Origin: an uncultured Pseudomonadota bacterium
Lineage (GTDB): Bacteria > Myxococcota_A > Polyangia > Fen-1088
Length of the DNA: 64,000 nucleotides
Reading direction: 5' to 3'
NCBI GenBank assembly: GCA_963847705.1
Contig: CAWKBC010000030.1
Coordinates: forward strand, 224,001 to 288,000
Position numbers and translations under genes: made by a program
Part shown: piece after piece, positions 9,866 to 18,832 of the stretch
How the letters are laid out: the number at the start of each line of letters is the position of its first letter
How positions within the stretch are numbered: the first letter of the stretch is position 1
The notes under the pieces: generated by a model
The model's database searches: none
What the model saw: the letters and a program-made list of their open reading frames with translations, nothing else
Told to the model about the DNA's origin: nothing

Positions 9866-11116
9866 TCAGCGAACGCAGCGGACCAGCGCGGCGGTCTGGT
9901 TGTACTCCGTGAAGCCGTCTTCATAGTTGATGACCCATGGATCGTGGGCCGTCGCGCTCATCCCGCCGTACAGCGAGGACGACCAGTAGGGGGTCGTCGC
10001 CGCGGTTCCGGCGAACGTCGCGGTGTCGATTGCCGGCGAGACCTTGCTGATCGGCGGGACCTCGTCGACCAGCGTGGAGAGCTCCTTGATGCTGGGCGTC
10101 CGCCAGGTGTGGCCGTTGAGGCCGAGGCCGCTGCAGGTGGTCTGCGCGGTCGCGAAGTCGGTCGTCGTCGTGGTGGCGGTCGTCGCCCAGATGAGCTTGG
10201 TGTCGACGTCCTGCACCTCGCCGGTGGCGACCGAGACGTAGCGGGGGCTCGGCAAGGCCCCTTCGTCTGGTGCGGAGACGCAGCGCGCGTACTCGGCGGC
10301 GGTGCGGTCGCCCGCGTTGCTGGTCAGCCCCTCGGAGAAGTTCACGATCCAGGTGTCCTGAGGCTTGGTGGCGATCTGCGACACGACCCAGGGGGACGAG
10401 GTCCAGTGGTACTTGCCGCCGGGGACGCCGGGGAACGCCGTCGTGTCGATCGCCGGCCCGGTGCGCGTGAAGTCGACCAGCGACAGGAGCTCGATGCGCG
10501 TCGGGAGGCGCCAGGTCCGTCCGGCCAGCGTCAAGGTCGCACAGTGGGTGATCGCGTCGCACCAGGCGTACGCCTGCGACGAGGTGACCGCCTTTTGCCA
10601 GACCAGCTTGGTGACGTTGTCGGTGACGGTGCCGTCGCCGTTGTCGGTGTAGCTGGCTGGGTTGGGGAGCCCCGAGCTCGCCGGGTTGGGCATCGGCCAG
10701 CGCGCATAGATGTACGCACTCGGCGGCTGGTAGCTGCAGGTGGCGCCCCCATCCGTGGTGGTGCCGCCGCCGGTGCCGGTGGCGCCGCCCGTTCCCGTCG
10801 TCCCTCCCGAGGCTTTCGCGCCGGCCGCTCCCGCGGCGCCACCGGTCCCGATCGCGCCGCCTGCACCGGTCGCCCCACCGGTGGACGTTCCACCGCCTGT
10901 GCCAGTCGCCCCGCCGGTGGACGTTCCGCCGCCTGTGCCTGTCGCCCCACCGGTGGACGTTCCGCCGCCTGTGCCTGTCGCCCCGCCGGTGCCCGACGCC
11001 GACGATCCGCCCGTGGCGCCGCTCCCGCCGGCGCCGGGACCACCACCTGAGCCGCCACAGGCGCCGAGCACGACCAGGGACGCGAGCGCGACGAAACGAA
11101 CGTGGGGCGTTGCCAT
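9866..11116 (-). CDS. Lipoprotein with two DUF1566 (Lcl C-terminal) domains
   Basis: Lipobox LGAC, Gly/Thr linker, DNGDGTVTDNVTKLVWQ, WRLPTRIELLSL and WRTPSIKELSTL, ARCV/VRCVR. Confidence 0.85.
   Translation of the reverse strand: MATPHVRFVALASLVVLGACGGSGGGPGAGGSGATGGSSASGTGGATGTGGGTSTGGATGTGGGTSTGGATGTGGGTSTGGATGAGGAIGTGGAAGAAGAKASGGTTGTGGATGTGGGTTTDGGATCSYQPPSAYIYARWPMPNPASSGLPNPASYTDNGDGTVTDNVTKLVWQKAVTSSQAYAWCDAITHCATLTLAGRTWRLPTRIELLSLVDFTRTGPAIDTTAFPGVPGGKYHWTSSPWVVSQIATKPQDTWIVNFSEGLTSNAGDRTAAEYARCVSAPDEGALPSPRYVSVATGEVQDVDTKLIWATTATTTTTDFATAQTTCSGLGLNGHTWRTPSIKELSTLVDEVPPISKVSPAIDTATFAGTAATTPYWSSSLYGGMSATAHDPWVINYEDGFTEYNQTAALVRCVR
10869..10990 (-). repeat. 36-bp coding tandem repeat (about 3.4 copies) encoding TGGATGTGGGTS linker
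   Basis: gtcgccccaccggtggacgttccgccgcctgtgcc-like units start at 10869, 10905, 10941 and 10977. Confidence 0.85.
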
Positions 11117-11183
11117 CGGGCCTCCAGGCAGGGCACGGCCCAGCGCCGCGCGTGGGGCGAGTATATATCTGGAGCACCGAATA

Positions 11184-12260
11184 TTACGGAGGTTCGGTTC
11201 CTGTGACTTTCCCGGCGATCGTGGAGGCCGAAAGGGACGCGGGCGCGGGCAAAACCACCGGCTTCGCGTCGGCGGTCGCTGCGCGTTCGTTGCAGACACA
11301 GGCCGGGCAGGTCGGCGCCGGTCGTGCGGCGAGCTCCCTGACCGAACCGGCCAGGGTCGCCAAGGCGGCGCTGGTCTCGATCAGCCTGTTGTCGGCGGCG
11401 GCGAGCTTCTCGTTCGTGGTCGCCACCCGTCCGTCCACCTCGCCGAGTACGCCAGCGAGGGCATGCACGTCGGCGGGGAGCTCCTTCATGCTCCCGACCG
11501 CGGTCTCGAGCCCGCTGAGCCCACGGGAGATCGACTGGGCTTCGGTGCTGAGCGCCAGCGTGGTCTCCTCCGAGCGCTGGAGACGCCCCGTGATCACCCG
11601 CCGCTCACGTCCGACGGCGTCGTCCATGTGGTTGATGATGTCCGAGGCCTTGGCCTGTTCGGCCGGCGGCAGCTTGTCGATGAGCTGCCGGATGGCGCCG
11701 GCGGTGTCGTGGATCGACGACAGGTTCTGGCGCTGGTCGTCGAGCGCCTGCTTCTCCTCGGCTGTCCGCAGCGCCAGGTGACAGAACTGCAGCGCGCCGA
11801 GGGCCCGCTCGCTGGAGCGCTTGTCGGCGTCGCAATAGATATAGAAGCTGCCGGCGGCGATCAGCATCCCGACGCTGCCGGCGAGGAGCGCGAAGTAACG
11901 CACCGGATGCGAGCGATAGCGATCGACGACGCCATGCAACCGTTCGCCCATCCCGCGCGCGTCGCGCCTCGCGGAGAAGAGCATGATGAGCCGCTCGACG
12001 TAGCCGATCCCCCCCAGCGAGACGATGGCCACCGTGATCGCCACCAGCCAGGGCTGGCGATGCGCGATGCGGTGCTGAACCGCGGCCTCCCGCGCCTCGA
12101 CGCGTGGCAGATCGGCGGCCTGTCCGTCGAGCGTGCATCCCCCCTGGTTGAACCTCACCTCGCCGGGGCCGCCGCAGCCCGATGTGATGGCGATCAACGC
12201 GCCGCCGAGGAGGAGCCTGAGCGCGGCGTTCGTTCCGGATCTGCTCGGAGGGCAGCTCAT
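11184..12260 (-). CDS. Hypothetical membrane protein (lipobox-like N-terminus, two further TMs, long coiled coil)
   Basis: LIAITSGC, two hydrophobic segments, heptad-rich C-terminal half, CPACVC near the end; GC3-rich codons. Confidence 0.7.
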   Translation of the reverse strand: MSCPPSRSGTNAALRLLLGGALIAITSGCGGPGEVRFNQGGCTLDGQAADLPRVEAREAAVQHRIAHRQPWLVAITVAIVSLGGIGYVERLIMLFSARRDARGMGERLHGVVDRYRSHPVRYFALLAGSVGMLIAAGSFYIYCDADKRSSERALGALQFCHLALRTAEEKQALDDQRQNLSSIHDTAGAIRQLIDKLPPAEQAKASDIINHMDDAVGRERRVITGRLQRSEETTLALSTEAQSISRGLSGLETAVGSMKELPADVHALAGVLGEVDGRVATTNEKLAAADNRLIETSAALATLAGSVRELAARPAPTCPACVCNERAATADAKPVVLPAPASLSASTIAGKVTGTEPP

Positions 12261-12281
12261 GAGTCTCTTGGAGACCCATCT

Positions 12282-12297
12282 TGCAGGGAACGTTCCG
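12282..12297 (-). promoter_or_regulatory. Putative sigma-54 -24/-12 promoter for the 11184-12260 gene
   Basis: Minus strand CGGAACGttccCTGCA (GG-N10-GC), 22 bp upstream of the ATG. Confidence 0.55.
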
Positions 12298-12426
12298 GCG
12301 GAAGCAGCCCGCGCGCGCCGGTGGCGGGGGGGCCCGCCGTTCGCAAAATCACCGCCCGGCGCAGCGCACGATCAGATTTTGTTCGGGCGCCGAGACCGGT
12401 TGCGCGCCGCCGCCCGGGCGCCAGCC

Positions 12427-12442
12427 CGGCACGCCGATTGCG
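12427..12442 (+). promoter_or_regulatory. Putative sigma-54 -24/-12 promoter for the 12456-12956 gene
   Basis: CGGCACGccgaTTGCG versus consensus TGGCACG-N4-TTGCW. Confidence 0.7.
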
Positions 12443-12455
12443 TTTGCGGCCTCAC

Positions 12456-12956
12456 ATGTCGACCTGTCGAACGATCCGAAGCCATGCGCCGCTCGTCGTT
12501 GTCGGGGCGCTGCTCGCTGCGGGGTGCGCGCCCGAGGTGCTGGCGATGCGCGTCGGGAACCCTGCGCGCGGCGGGGACGTCGCCGGCGCGATGCAATCGT
12601 ACGAGCTCCCGCCGTACCGGCAAGATCACAGCTACGAGGCGACGCTGGAGACCTGGTCGCCTTCGTCGTTGATGTTCCGGATCCATCTGGTCAACGCGGA
12701 CCGCTGCGGCCTGCCCTCGAGCTACTCCTTCGAGCTGGTCGACGATTGCGGGCGCCGTTACCCGTTCCAGCCTGCCGGCGGGGTCCAGGAGACCACCAAG
12801 CGGGGGCACCTGGGCGCCACGCTGCACGACGACTCGGTCGAGGGGGCTTTCGCCGTTCCGGTCGCTGCCGACACCCGGTTCGTGGTGCTGCAGATCCGTC
12901 CGGTCGCCGATCGTGGCTGCACGGCCGTCGACTTCCGCTGGGATTTCCAGGCTTAG
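12456..12956 (+). CDS. Hypothetical lipoprotein (beta-rich)
   Basis: ATG 12456 lies within a long ORF; lipobox LLAAGC; globular mature region with several Cys. Confidence 0.7.
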   Translation: MSTCRTIRSHAPLVVVGALLAAGCAPEVLAMRVGNPARGGDVAGAMQSYELPPYRQDHSYEATLETWSPSSLMFRIHLVNADRCGLPSSYSFELVDDCGRRYPFQPAGGVQETTKRGHLGATLHDDSVEGAFAVPVAADTRFVVLQIRPVADRGCTAVDFRWDFQA

Positions 12957-12970
12957 TTGACGATGACCAG

Positions 12971-13645
12971 CTACGCGCGGGGGGATCCCAGGAATGCGAC
13001 CCCGCGCTCCGTCCGGGTCGGAGCCTCGGGGAAGTGGGCGCGCGCGGCTCCAGCGTAGAGCTCGAGCATGGCGGGGCTGGAGAGCACGAAGCGCACCGCC
13101 AGCGGGGCCGCGTGCGCGCGAAGCTCGGCCACGACGGCTCCGACGGCGATCTTGGCCGCCAGCGCCGGGGGATAGCGATGGATGCCGGTCGCGATTGCCG
13201 GAAACGAAATCGAGGCCAGGCGGTGCTCTCGCGCCAGCCGGAGCGCCTCGGTGTGGGCCGACGCCAGGTTCTTGGCCGCTGCAACCGCGTCGTCGGCGTA
13301 GACGGGCGGGTCGACGTGGATCACCCGGCCCGCGGCCAGGTCGAACCCGGGTGTCGAGATCGCGTGTCCCGGGGAGAGCTTGCCGGTCGGAAGCTTCGAC
13401 GCGCTCTGGTGAAATGCCTCCAGCAGCTCCGGTCCGGCGGCGCGCCGGATGGAGAGATCGACCAGGCCCGCACCGGCCGGGTTGACGATCGCGTCCGACT
13501 GTTCACGCGTCAGGTCTCCCACCACGAACTCCAGCACCGGACCGCGTCCCGCACGGGTGCGGGCGCCCTCGATGAAAGCGCCCGAGCGGACGGTCGTCTG
13601 GAGGAAGGGCGGAAGATAGTCCGAGCTGAAGGCGGTTGCGCTCAC
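12971..13645 (-). CDS. Macro domain protein (YmdB/MacroD-like, degenerate)
   Basis: VVGDLT..DAIVNPA, IRRAAGPEL, VIHV.PP, SISFPAIATGIHRYP. GTG start follows an AGGAG RBS. Confidence 0.85.
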   Translation of the reverse strand: MSATAFSSDYLPPFLQTTVRSGAFIEGARTRAGRGPVLEFVVGDLTREQSDAIVNPAGAGLVDLSIRRAAGPELLEAFHQSASKLPTGKLSPGHAISTPGFDLAAGRVIHVDPPVYADDAVAAAKNLASAHTEALRLAREHRLASISFPAIATGIHRYPPALAAKIAVGAVVAELRAHAAPLAVRFVLSSPAMLELYAGAARAHFPEAPTRTERGVAFLGSPRA

Positions 13646-13899
13646 GTTGGTCTCCTTGTGTAGTTTTCTACTATAATAGACACGTCGATGCAATAGCGAA
13701 TATCGGCCGCAGGCCCGTTTGGGTCCGATGAGTGCGGCATTTCACCGCCTCACCCTCTATGTGTGCTCCGGGGCCGCGGCCACGGGCCGGGGGTGCGCCC
13801 GGTCGTCAGCACTCGGACGGGTGTCTTGAGTGAAAGACAGATGATCTCTCGGGCGGGCCCGGACCAGGGCTGGCCGGGCGCGGGTGGGGTCGACGCCGC

Positions 13900-13915
13900 T
13901 TCACACTTCTTCACA
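13900..13915 (+). promoter_or_regulatory. OmpR/CpxR-type direct-repeat operator upstream of the CpxP-like gene
   Basis: TTCACA-cttc-TTCACA with a 10-bp period; reverse complement GTGAA-N5-GTGAA resembles the CpxR box GTAAA-N5-GTAAA. Confidence 0.55.
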
Positions 13916-13998
13916 GAGGCCCGTGAACGTTCTTAACGGGCGGTGCGTACGGTTGTCTCCGCGGGGCAACGAAGCCCCGCACCAACAAGGAGACGACA

Positions 13999-14622
13999 AT
14001 GATTGGATGCTTGATTTTCGGGAGCCTGGCGGCCATGGGCATTGCCCGGGCGATTCATTTCCGGCGCTTTTACGGGGGCTGCCATGGGGGTGGCTACGGG
14101 GGCGGCTGGCACGGACACCGGCACTGGCATGGCTGGCACGGCGGCGGGCCCGAACCGCGCGAAGGATGGGGCGGGTTCGACCACGAGGACCACGGCGATT
14201 TCCGTTCGCCCTTCGCCGACGCCGACTTTCGCGGCCTGGGCGGCTTCGGGCCGGGGCGCTCCGGGGGCGGTAAGCGGTTCATCGTTCGCCGGATCCTGGA
14301 GCACGTCCGGGCCACCCCGGCGCAGGAGCGGGTCATCAGCGCGGCGGCCGAGGAGTTCCGCGAGGAGCTGAAGAAGAACGTGGGCGGCGAGGGGCGTCGC
14401 ACCCGCAAGGAGATCGTGGAGGCGCTGCGCCGCAGCACCTTCGACGGCGTGCTGCTCGGCGAGCAGTTCGCGCGCCACGACACGATCTTGGAGAACGGCC
14501 GCAAGTCCTTCGTCGGCCTGATCGCCAAGATTCACGACGCGCTCGAGCCGGAGCAGCGCGAGCGGCTGGCCGACCTCGTCGAGAGGGGCCCGCGCCTCGG
14601 TTGGATGCGCGGGGGCTGGTAA
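13999..14622 (+). CDS. Spy/CpxP-like (heavy-metal-sensor family) helical protein with His/Gly-rich N-terminus
   Basis: AAGGAG RBS; ATPAQ and IHDALEPEQRERLADL (LTxxQ-like) motifs; lies directly upstream of an RR-HK pair. Confidence 0.75.
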   Translation: MIGCLIFGSLAAMGIARAIHFRRFYGGCHGGGYGGGWHGHRHWHGWHGGGPEPREGWGGFDHEDHGDFRSPFADADFRGLGGFGPGRSGGGKRFIVRRILEHVRATPAQERVISAAAEEFREELKKNVGGEGRRTRKEIVEALRRSTFDGVLLGEQFARHDTILENGRKSFVGLIAKIHDALEPEQRERLADLVERGPRLGWMRGGW

Positions 14623-14650
14623 TCCCGCAACACTGGTAAGATCGACGGCT

Positions 14651-15358
14651 GTGGCGTTGCGGGTCCTTTGCATCGACGACGACGTCCGCCTGTACGAGCT
14701 GCTGGCGGCCTACCTCGAGCCGAATGGCGTGACGCTGGTGCACGCCGCCGACGGCGCGAAGGGGCTGGCGGCGCTCGGGGCGGACGTCTTCGATGCGGTG
14801 CTGCTCGACGTGATGATGCCGGGGATGGACGGCCTGGCGGTCTGCCGGCGGATCCGCGAGACCAGCCGAGTGCCGATCATCATGCTGACCGCGCGCGGCG
14901 ACGAGGCGGATCGGGTGGTGGGGCTCGAGCTCGGGGCTGACGATTACGTCCCCAAGCCGTTCTCCCCGCGCGAGCTCCTGGCCCGTCTGCGGGCGGTGAT
15001 GCGGCGAGCGCAACCGGCGGCCAGCGGCGCCGAGATCGTCGTCGGCCGCGTGGCGATCGACGTCGCCGCCCGGCAGGTGCGCGTCGGCGCGCAACTGGCC
15101 GACCTGACCGGGCTCGAGTTCGACATCCTGGTGGCGCTGGCGCGGCGCCCGGGGCGGGTGGTCCCGCGCGAGACGCTGCTCGGCGAGGCGGGGCGCCAGG
15201 ACGTCACGGTGAACGATCGCACCGTCGACGTTCACGTCTCGCACCTGCGGCGAAAGCTGGGCGACGACCCGAAGACGCCACGCCTCATCAAGACGGTGCG
15301 CGGCGTCGGCTACGTCCTGTCGCCCGAGGCGGCGCGCGACGCGGGCGGTGGCGCATGA
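14651..15358 (+). CDS. OmpR/CpxR-family response regulator
   Basis: LLDVMMPGMDG, GLELGADDYVPKPFSPRELLAR, winged helix DRTVDVHVSHLRRKL..IKTVRGVGY. Confidence 0.95.
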   Translation: MALRVLCIDDDVRLYELLAAYLEPNGVTLVHAADGAKGLAALGADVFDAVLLDVMMPGMDGLAVCRRIRETSRVPIIMLTARGDEADRVVGLELGADDYVPKPFSPRELLARLRAVMRRAQPAASGAEIVVGRVAIDVAARQVRVGAQLADLTGLEFDILVALARRPGRVVPRETLLGEAGRQDVTVNDRTVDVHVSHLRRKLGDDPKTPRLIKTVRGVGYVLSPEAARDAGGGA

Positions 15359-16617
15359 GGCACCGGGGCCGTCCCCCTGGCGCTGGCGGCGGCCCAGGCT
15401 GGCCCCCTTGGCGCGGTCCCTGGGGCTTCTGGGCCGGGCTCGATCCCGCGGCGCGCGAGCGGATCGTGGGCGAGATCCGGAACGCCTACGGCCAGCGTTT
15501 CGGCCGCCGGCATCCCTGGGACCGGGTTTTTCACGAAGCGGTCGGGCGCCGCCCGGGCTGGCACCACCGCATCCGCTGGGAGCTGCGGCTGCACTACGGC
15601 GCGCACCTGCACCGGCGGCTCTTCCTCTGGTTCGGGGCCACGATCTTTCTCGCCGTGGTGGCGACCGCGGTGGCGGCGCACGTGGGACACGGCTGGCTGG
15701 CGGCCCACCCGCTGCGCGCAGTCCTGCTGTTCGGGGTGCCGGCGGTGACGCTCTGGACCGCGACCGGGCGGGTGGCCCGGCGGATCGCGCAACCGCTCTA
15801 CGAGCTGACCCGCGCGGCGCAGGAGCTGGGGGGCGGCAACCTCAAGGCGCGCGTCTCCGCGGCGGGGTTCGGGTTCGACGAGACGGCGGTCTTGTCTTCC
15901 GCCTTCAACGACATGGCGGCCCGGCTCGAGCGCCAGCTGGCCGAGGAGCGCGAGCTCCTGGCCTCGGTCTCGCACGAGCTCCGCACGCCGCTGGCGCGGA
16001 TCCGGCTGCTGGTGGAGATCGGCCGGCAGGCGCGCGACGGCCAGGGGGGAGGGCCAGGGCAGGGAGGCGATCCGCGGACCCTCGACGAGATCGAGCGCGA
16101 GGCGATCGAGATCGACGCGCTCGTGGGTGAGCTCCTGGCCAGCGCGCGGATCGAATTCCAGGCGGTGACGCCAAAGCCGCTCGACGCGGTCGAGGTCGCG
16201 CGCCGGGCGCTCGAGCGCGCCGGCGAGGACGCCGCCAAGCTGGTCTCGGCGCCGCCGCCGATCCCCTTCGCCGCCGATCCGACGCTGATCGGGCGCGCGC
16301 TCGCCAACCTGATCGACAACGCGCGCAAGCACGGCAGCGGGCTCGTCCGGCTGGCGGTGCACGCCGACGCCGCCGGCGTCACGTTCGAGGTCGTCGATCG
16401 GGGACGTGGCTTCGCGCCCGGCGATGAGAGCCGTGTGTTCGAACGCTTTTACCGCGGGGCCGATCCCGACGCTGGCTCGCACGGATCGCTCGGTCTGGGG
16501 TTGGCCCTGGTCAAACGCATCGCCGACGCCCACGGCGGCCGCGTTCACGCGGCCAACGAGCCGGGGGGCGGCGCCCGCGTGGTCCTCCAGCTCCCGCTCT
16601 CGCCGGCGCGGGCTTAG
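15355..16617 (+). CDS. HAMP sensor histidine kinase with minimal periplasmic loop
   Basis: ATGA overlap with the RR; two closely spaced TMs, HAMP, SVSHELRTPLARI, NLIDNARKH, DRGRG, LGLGL. Confidence 0.93.
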   Translation: MRHRGRPPGAGGGPGWPPWRGPWGFWAGLDPAARERIVGEIRNAYGQRFGRRHPWDRVFHEAVGRRPGWHHRIRWELRLHYGAHLHRRLFLWFGATIFLAVVATAVAAHVGHGWLAAHPLRAVLLFGVPAVTLWTATGRVARRIAQPLYELTRAAQELGGGNLKARVSAAGFGFDETAVLSSAFNDMAARLERQLAEERELLASVSHELRTPLARIRLLVEIGRQARDGQGGGPGQGGDPRTLDEIEREAIEIDALVGELLASARIEFQAVTPKPLDAVEVARRALERAGEDAAKLVSAPPPIPFAADPTLIGRALANLIDNARKHGSGLVRLAVHADAAGVTFEVVDRGRGFAPGDESRVFERFYRGADPDAGSHGSLGLGLALVKRIADAHGGRVHAANEPGGGARVVLQLPLSPARA

Positions 16618-16732
16618 CCCCGGCTCAGCCCGCGACCGGGTGCGGATTCAAGCCGGCTGAGCCCGTTGGTCTCGGCTCGGGCGGCGCGACCGCCGACGGC
16701 GGGGGCTCGGCGGCAGCAGCGCGACTCGACTG

Positions 16733-16760
16733 AGATCCGCTTCGCCGTTTCGGGCGTATC
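16733..16760 (+). promoter_or_regulatory. Putative sigmaE/ChrR (ECF11-type) autoregulated promoter
   Basis: AGATCC-N16-CGTATC, close to the TGATCC-N18-TATC promoter of Rhodobacter sigmaE; sits just before the sigma gene. Confidence 0.6.
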
Positions 16761-16781
16761 AAGGGCGAGGGGATCTCGCCC

Positions 16782-17426
16782 GTGGAAGCCGCACCGTCGC
16801 CGTCATGCCCCGCGCGCCCGCGCCGTTTCGACCGTGCTAGCGTCCACTGGTTGCAGCAGGGCCGTACAGACGAGGTGGACGACGTGGAGTGCATGGCGGC
16901 GATCGCCACGCGCGCCGATCGCGCCGCCTTCGCGCAGCTGTTCCGCCGCTACGCGCCGAAGGTCAAGGCGCACCTGCTGGCGCGCGGCGCCGCAACGGGT
17001 ACCGCCGACGAGCTGACGCAGGAGGTGATGCTGATCGTCTGGCGAAAGGCGGGGCTCTACGACGCCTCGCGCGGGAGCCTGGCGGCCTGGCTCTACACGA
17101 TCAGCCGGAACGCTCTCTTCAACACGACGCGCGGCGAGCGCCGCCGCAAAGAGGAATCGGTGATGGAGACGGCGTTTCCCGAGGCGGCGCCGGCCCCGAC
17201 CAGCGAGCAGGCGCTGCTGGCGGCCGAGCAGGGTCGGGCGCTCTCCGCCTCGCTGGCGCAGCTGCCGCCGGAGCAGCGCGAGATCCTGGAGGGGACCTAC
17301 TGGCGCGGACAGACACTGCAGGAGTGCGCCGAGGAGCGCCAGCTCCCGCTCGGCACGGTGAAGACGCGCGTGCGGCTGGCGCTCGAGCGGCTGCGCGGGC
17401 TCATGAAGATCAGGAGCACAGAATGA
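16782..17426 (+). CDS. rpoE: ECF sigma factor (ChrR-associated)
   Basis: DRAAFAQLF, ADELTQEVMLIVWRKAGLYD..WLYTISRN, LPLGTVKTRVRLAL; coupled to chrR. Start may be a later GTG. Confidence 0.88.
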   Translation: MEAAPSPSCPARPRRFDRASVHWLQQGRTDEVDDVECMAAIATRADRAAFAQLFRRYAPKVKAHLLARGAATGTADELTQEVMLIVWRKAGLYDASRGSLAAWLYTISRNALFNTTRGERRRKEESVMETAFPEAAPAPTSEQALLAAEQGRALSASLAQLPPEQREILEGTYWRGQTLQECAEERQLPLGTVKTRVRLALERLRGLMKIRSTE

Positions 17427-18115
17427 CGCCGCCCGCCACCGGTCAGCTCTCTCTGCCGACCCACCACGTGCCGGAGCACGGTCTCGTCGAGTACGTGGCT
17501 GGCGCCGCCAGCGACGGCGCGGCGCTCGCCTTCGCCTGCCACGTTTCGCTCTGTGGAGCGTGCGCGGCCGAGGTGGCGGCGCTGGAAAACGTGGGCGGCT
17601 CCCTCTTGGAGGCGAGCCCGGGGCAGGAGCTCGCTCCGGGTGCGCTGGAGTCGGTCCTGGCCCGTCTGGAGACGACGCCGCAGCTCGCGGCGCCGGCAGC
17701 CGAGACCCTCGCCGTTCCGGCTTTTCTGGCCGGTTGCGATCTGCCGGCGCCGCTCTTGCGCGCGTTGCCGAGCACGCAGGGGTGGCGCACGGTCGTCCCG
17801 GGGATGCGGGTGGTCGATCTTCCCTTCGCCGTGCCGGGCGGCGCCGTCCGGCTGGTTCGCTTCAAGGGTGGGGTGACGATTCCGTTCCACGATCATGGAG
17901 GCCCCGAGTACATCGTGGTGTTCAGCGGGGCGCTCGAAGAGAAGAGCGACGGACTGCGGTTCGGGCGGGGCGACGTCTCGATCCGACTGCCCGGCGAGCG
18001 CCACGAGCAGCGCGCGACCCCCGGTGAGCCCTGCGTCGCCCTGGTGGTGAACGAGGGGGCCCTGCGACCCCTCACCCTGCGCGGGCGTCTGCTCCTGGCG
18101 ATTGCCCGCGATTGA
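17423..18115 (+). CDS. chrR: ChrR-family zinc anti-sigma factor with C-terminal cupin
   Basis: ATGA overlap; HH...HVSLCGAC (HxxxCxxC ZAS motif); cupin IPFHDHGGPEY...RHEQ. Confidence 0.88.
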   Translation: MTPPATGQLSLPTHHVPEHGLVEYVAGAASDGAALAFACHVSLCGACAAEVAALENVGGSLLEASPGQELAPGALESVLARLETTPQLAAPAAETLAVPAFLAGCDLPAPLLRALPSTQGWRTVVPGMRVVDLPFAVPGGAVRLVRFKGGVTIPFHDHGGPEYIVVFSGALEEKSDGLRFGRGDVSIRLPGERHEQRATPGEPCVALVVNEGALRPLTLRGRLLLAIARD

Positions 18116-18144
18116 GGGTTTTCCCCAAGATTCGGAGCACCGAC

Positions 18145-18172
18145 AGATCCAATTGGCCATTCCGCACCTACC
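18145..18172 (+). promoter_or_regulatory. Second putative ECF11-type promoter, upstream of the globin gene
   Basis: AGATCC-N16-CCTACC: same -35 and spacing as the promoter at 16733. Confidence 0.45.
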
Positions 18173-18213
18173 TTCGGGGTCATCTGTATTCCAAACAAAG
18201 CCTGGAGGGTGTG

Positions 18214-18831
18214 ATGAAGAGATCGATGGGATTCAACGGCGGCTGGTTGGTGGGCGCGCTGGCGGTGTCGCTGTTCGGCGCTTGTAGCTCGAGCTCGAAC
18301 AGCTCCGGAACTGGAGGTTCCGGGGGCGGCGCGACAGGCGGGACGGGCGGCGGGGGCGGGCTGGCTGCCGGTGGGGCGGGCGGTGCCGCCGGCGAGGGGG
18401 CGCTCTACGTGAAGTACGGCGCAGCGATCCCGAAGGTCGTCGACGACGCGGTGGCCGGCCTCACGGCCGACTGCGAGCTGGCGCCCTACTTCGCCGTGGT
18501 GGGGACGACCGGTCACGACTCGGTGGCGCGTCTCAAGAGCTGCCTGCGGCTCCAATTCACCGCGCTCTTTGGCGGCCCGGCCACCTATCCGGGCGTGAAC
18601 GACGAAGGGGACACCTGCGTCTCCATGACCGTCATTCACACGGGGCTGGAGATCCCGGCCGACAAGTTCGATCGCTTCGTGACCGACTTCGGCGCGGTGC
18701 TCAAGGCGGACGGCGTCGCGGACGCGGATATCACGACCATCGCCACCGCGGTCACGGGCCTGCAGCCGCAGATCGTCTCCAGCGCGCCGGTCGAGAAGAG
18801 CTCCTGCACCGACGCCGCGGTGGGGCAGTAA
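18214..18831 (+). CDS. Lipoprotein with group I truncated hemoglobin domain
   Basis: GGAGG RBS; lipobox LFGAC, Gly linker, LY.KYG, ELAPYF, FGGPATY.G, SMTVIHTGLEI (proximal His), FGAVLKADGV. Confidence 0.8.
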   Translation: MKRSMGFNGGWLVGALAVSLFGACSSSSNSSGTGGSGGGATGGTGGGGGLAAGGAGGAAGEGALYVKYGAAIPKVVDDAVAGLTADCELAPYFAVVGTTGHDSVARLKSCLRLQFTALFGGPATYPGVNDEGDTCVSMTVIHTGLEIPADKFDRFVTDFGAVLKADGVADADITTIATAVTGLQPQIVSSAPVEKSSCTDAAVGQ

Positions 18832-18832
18832 C

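Noticed and set aside
10869-10990. 36-bp repeats as a CRISPR array
   Set aside because: The repeats are contiguous with no spacers, lie in frame within a Gly/Thr linker, and there are no cas genes.
13822-13839. TGTCTT-N6-AAGACA inverted repeat, and a possible structured RNA in the 13650-13990 gap
   Set aside because: A single short palindrome with no recognisable RNA family features.
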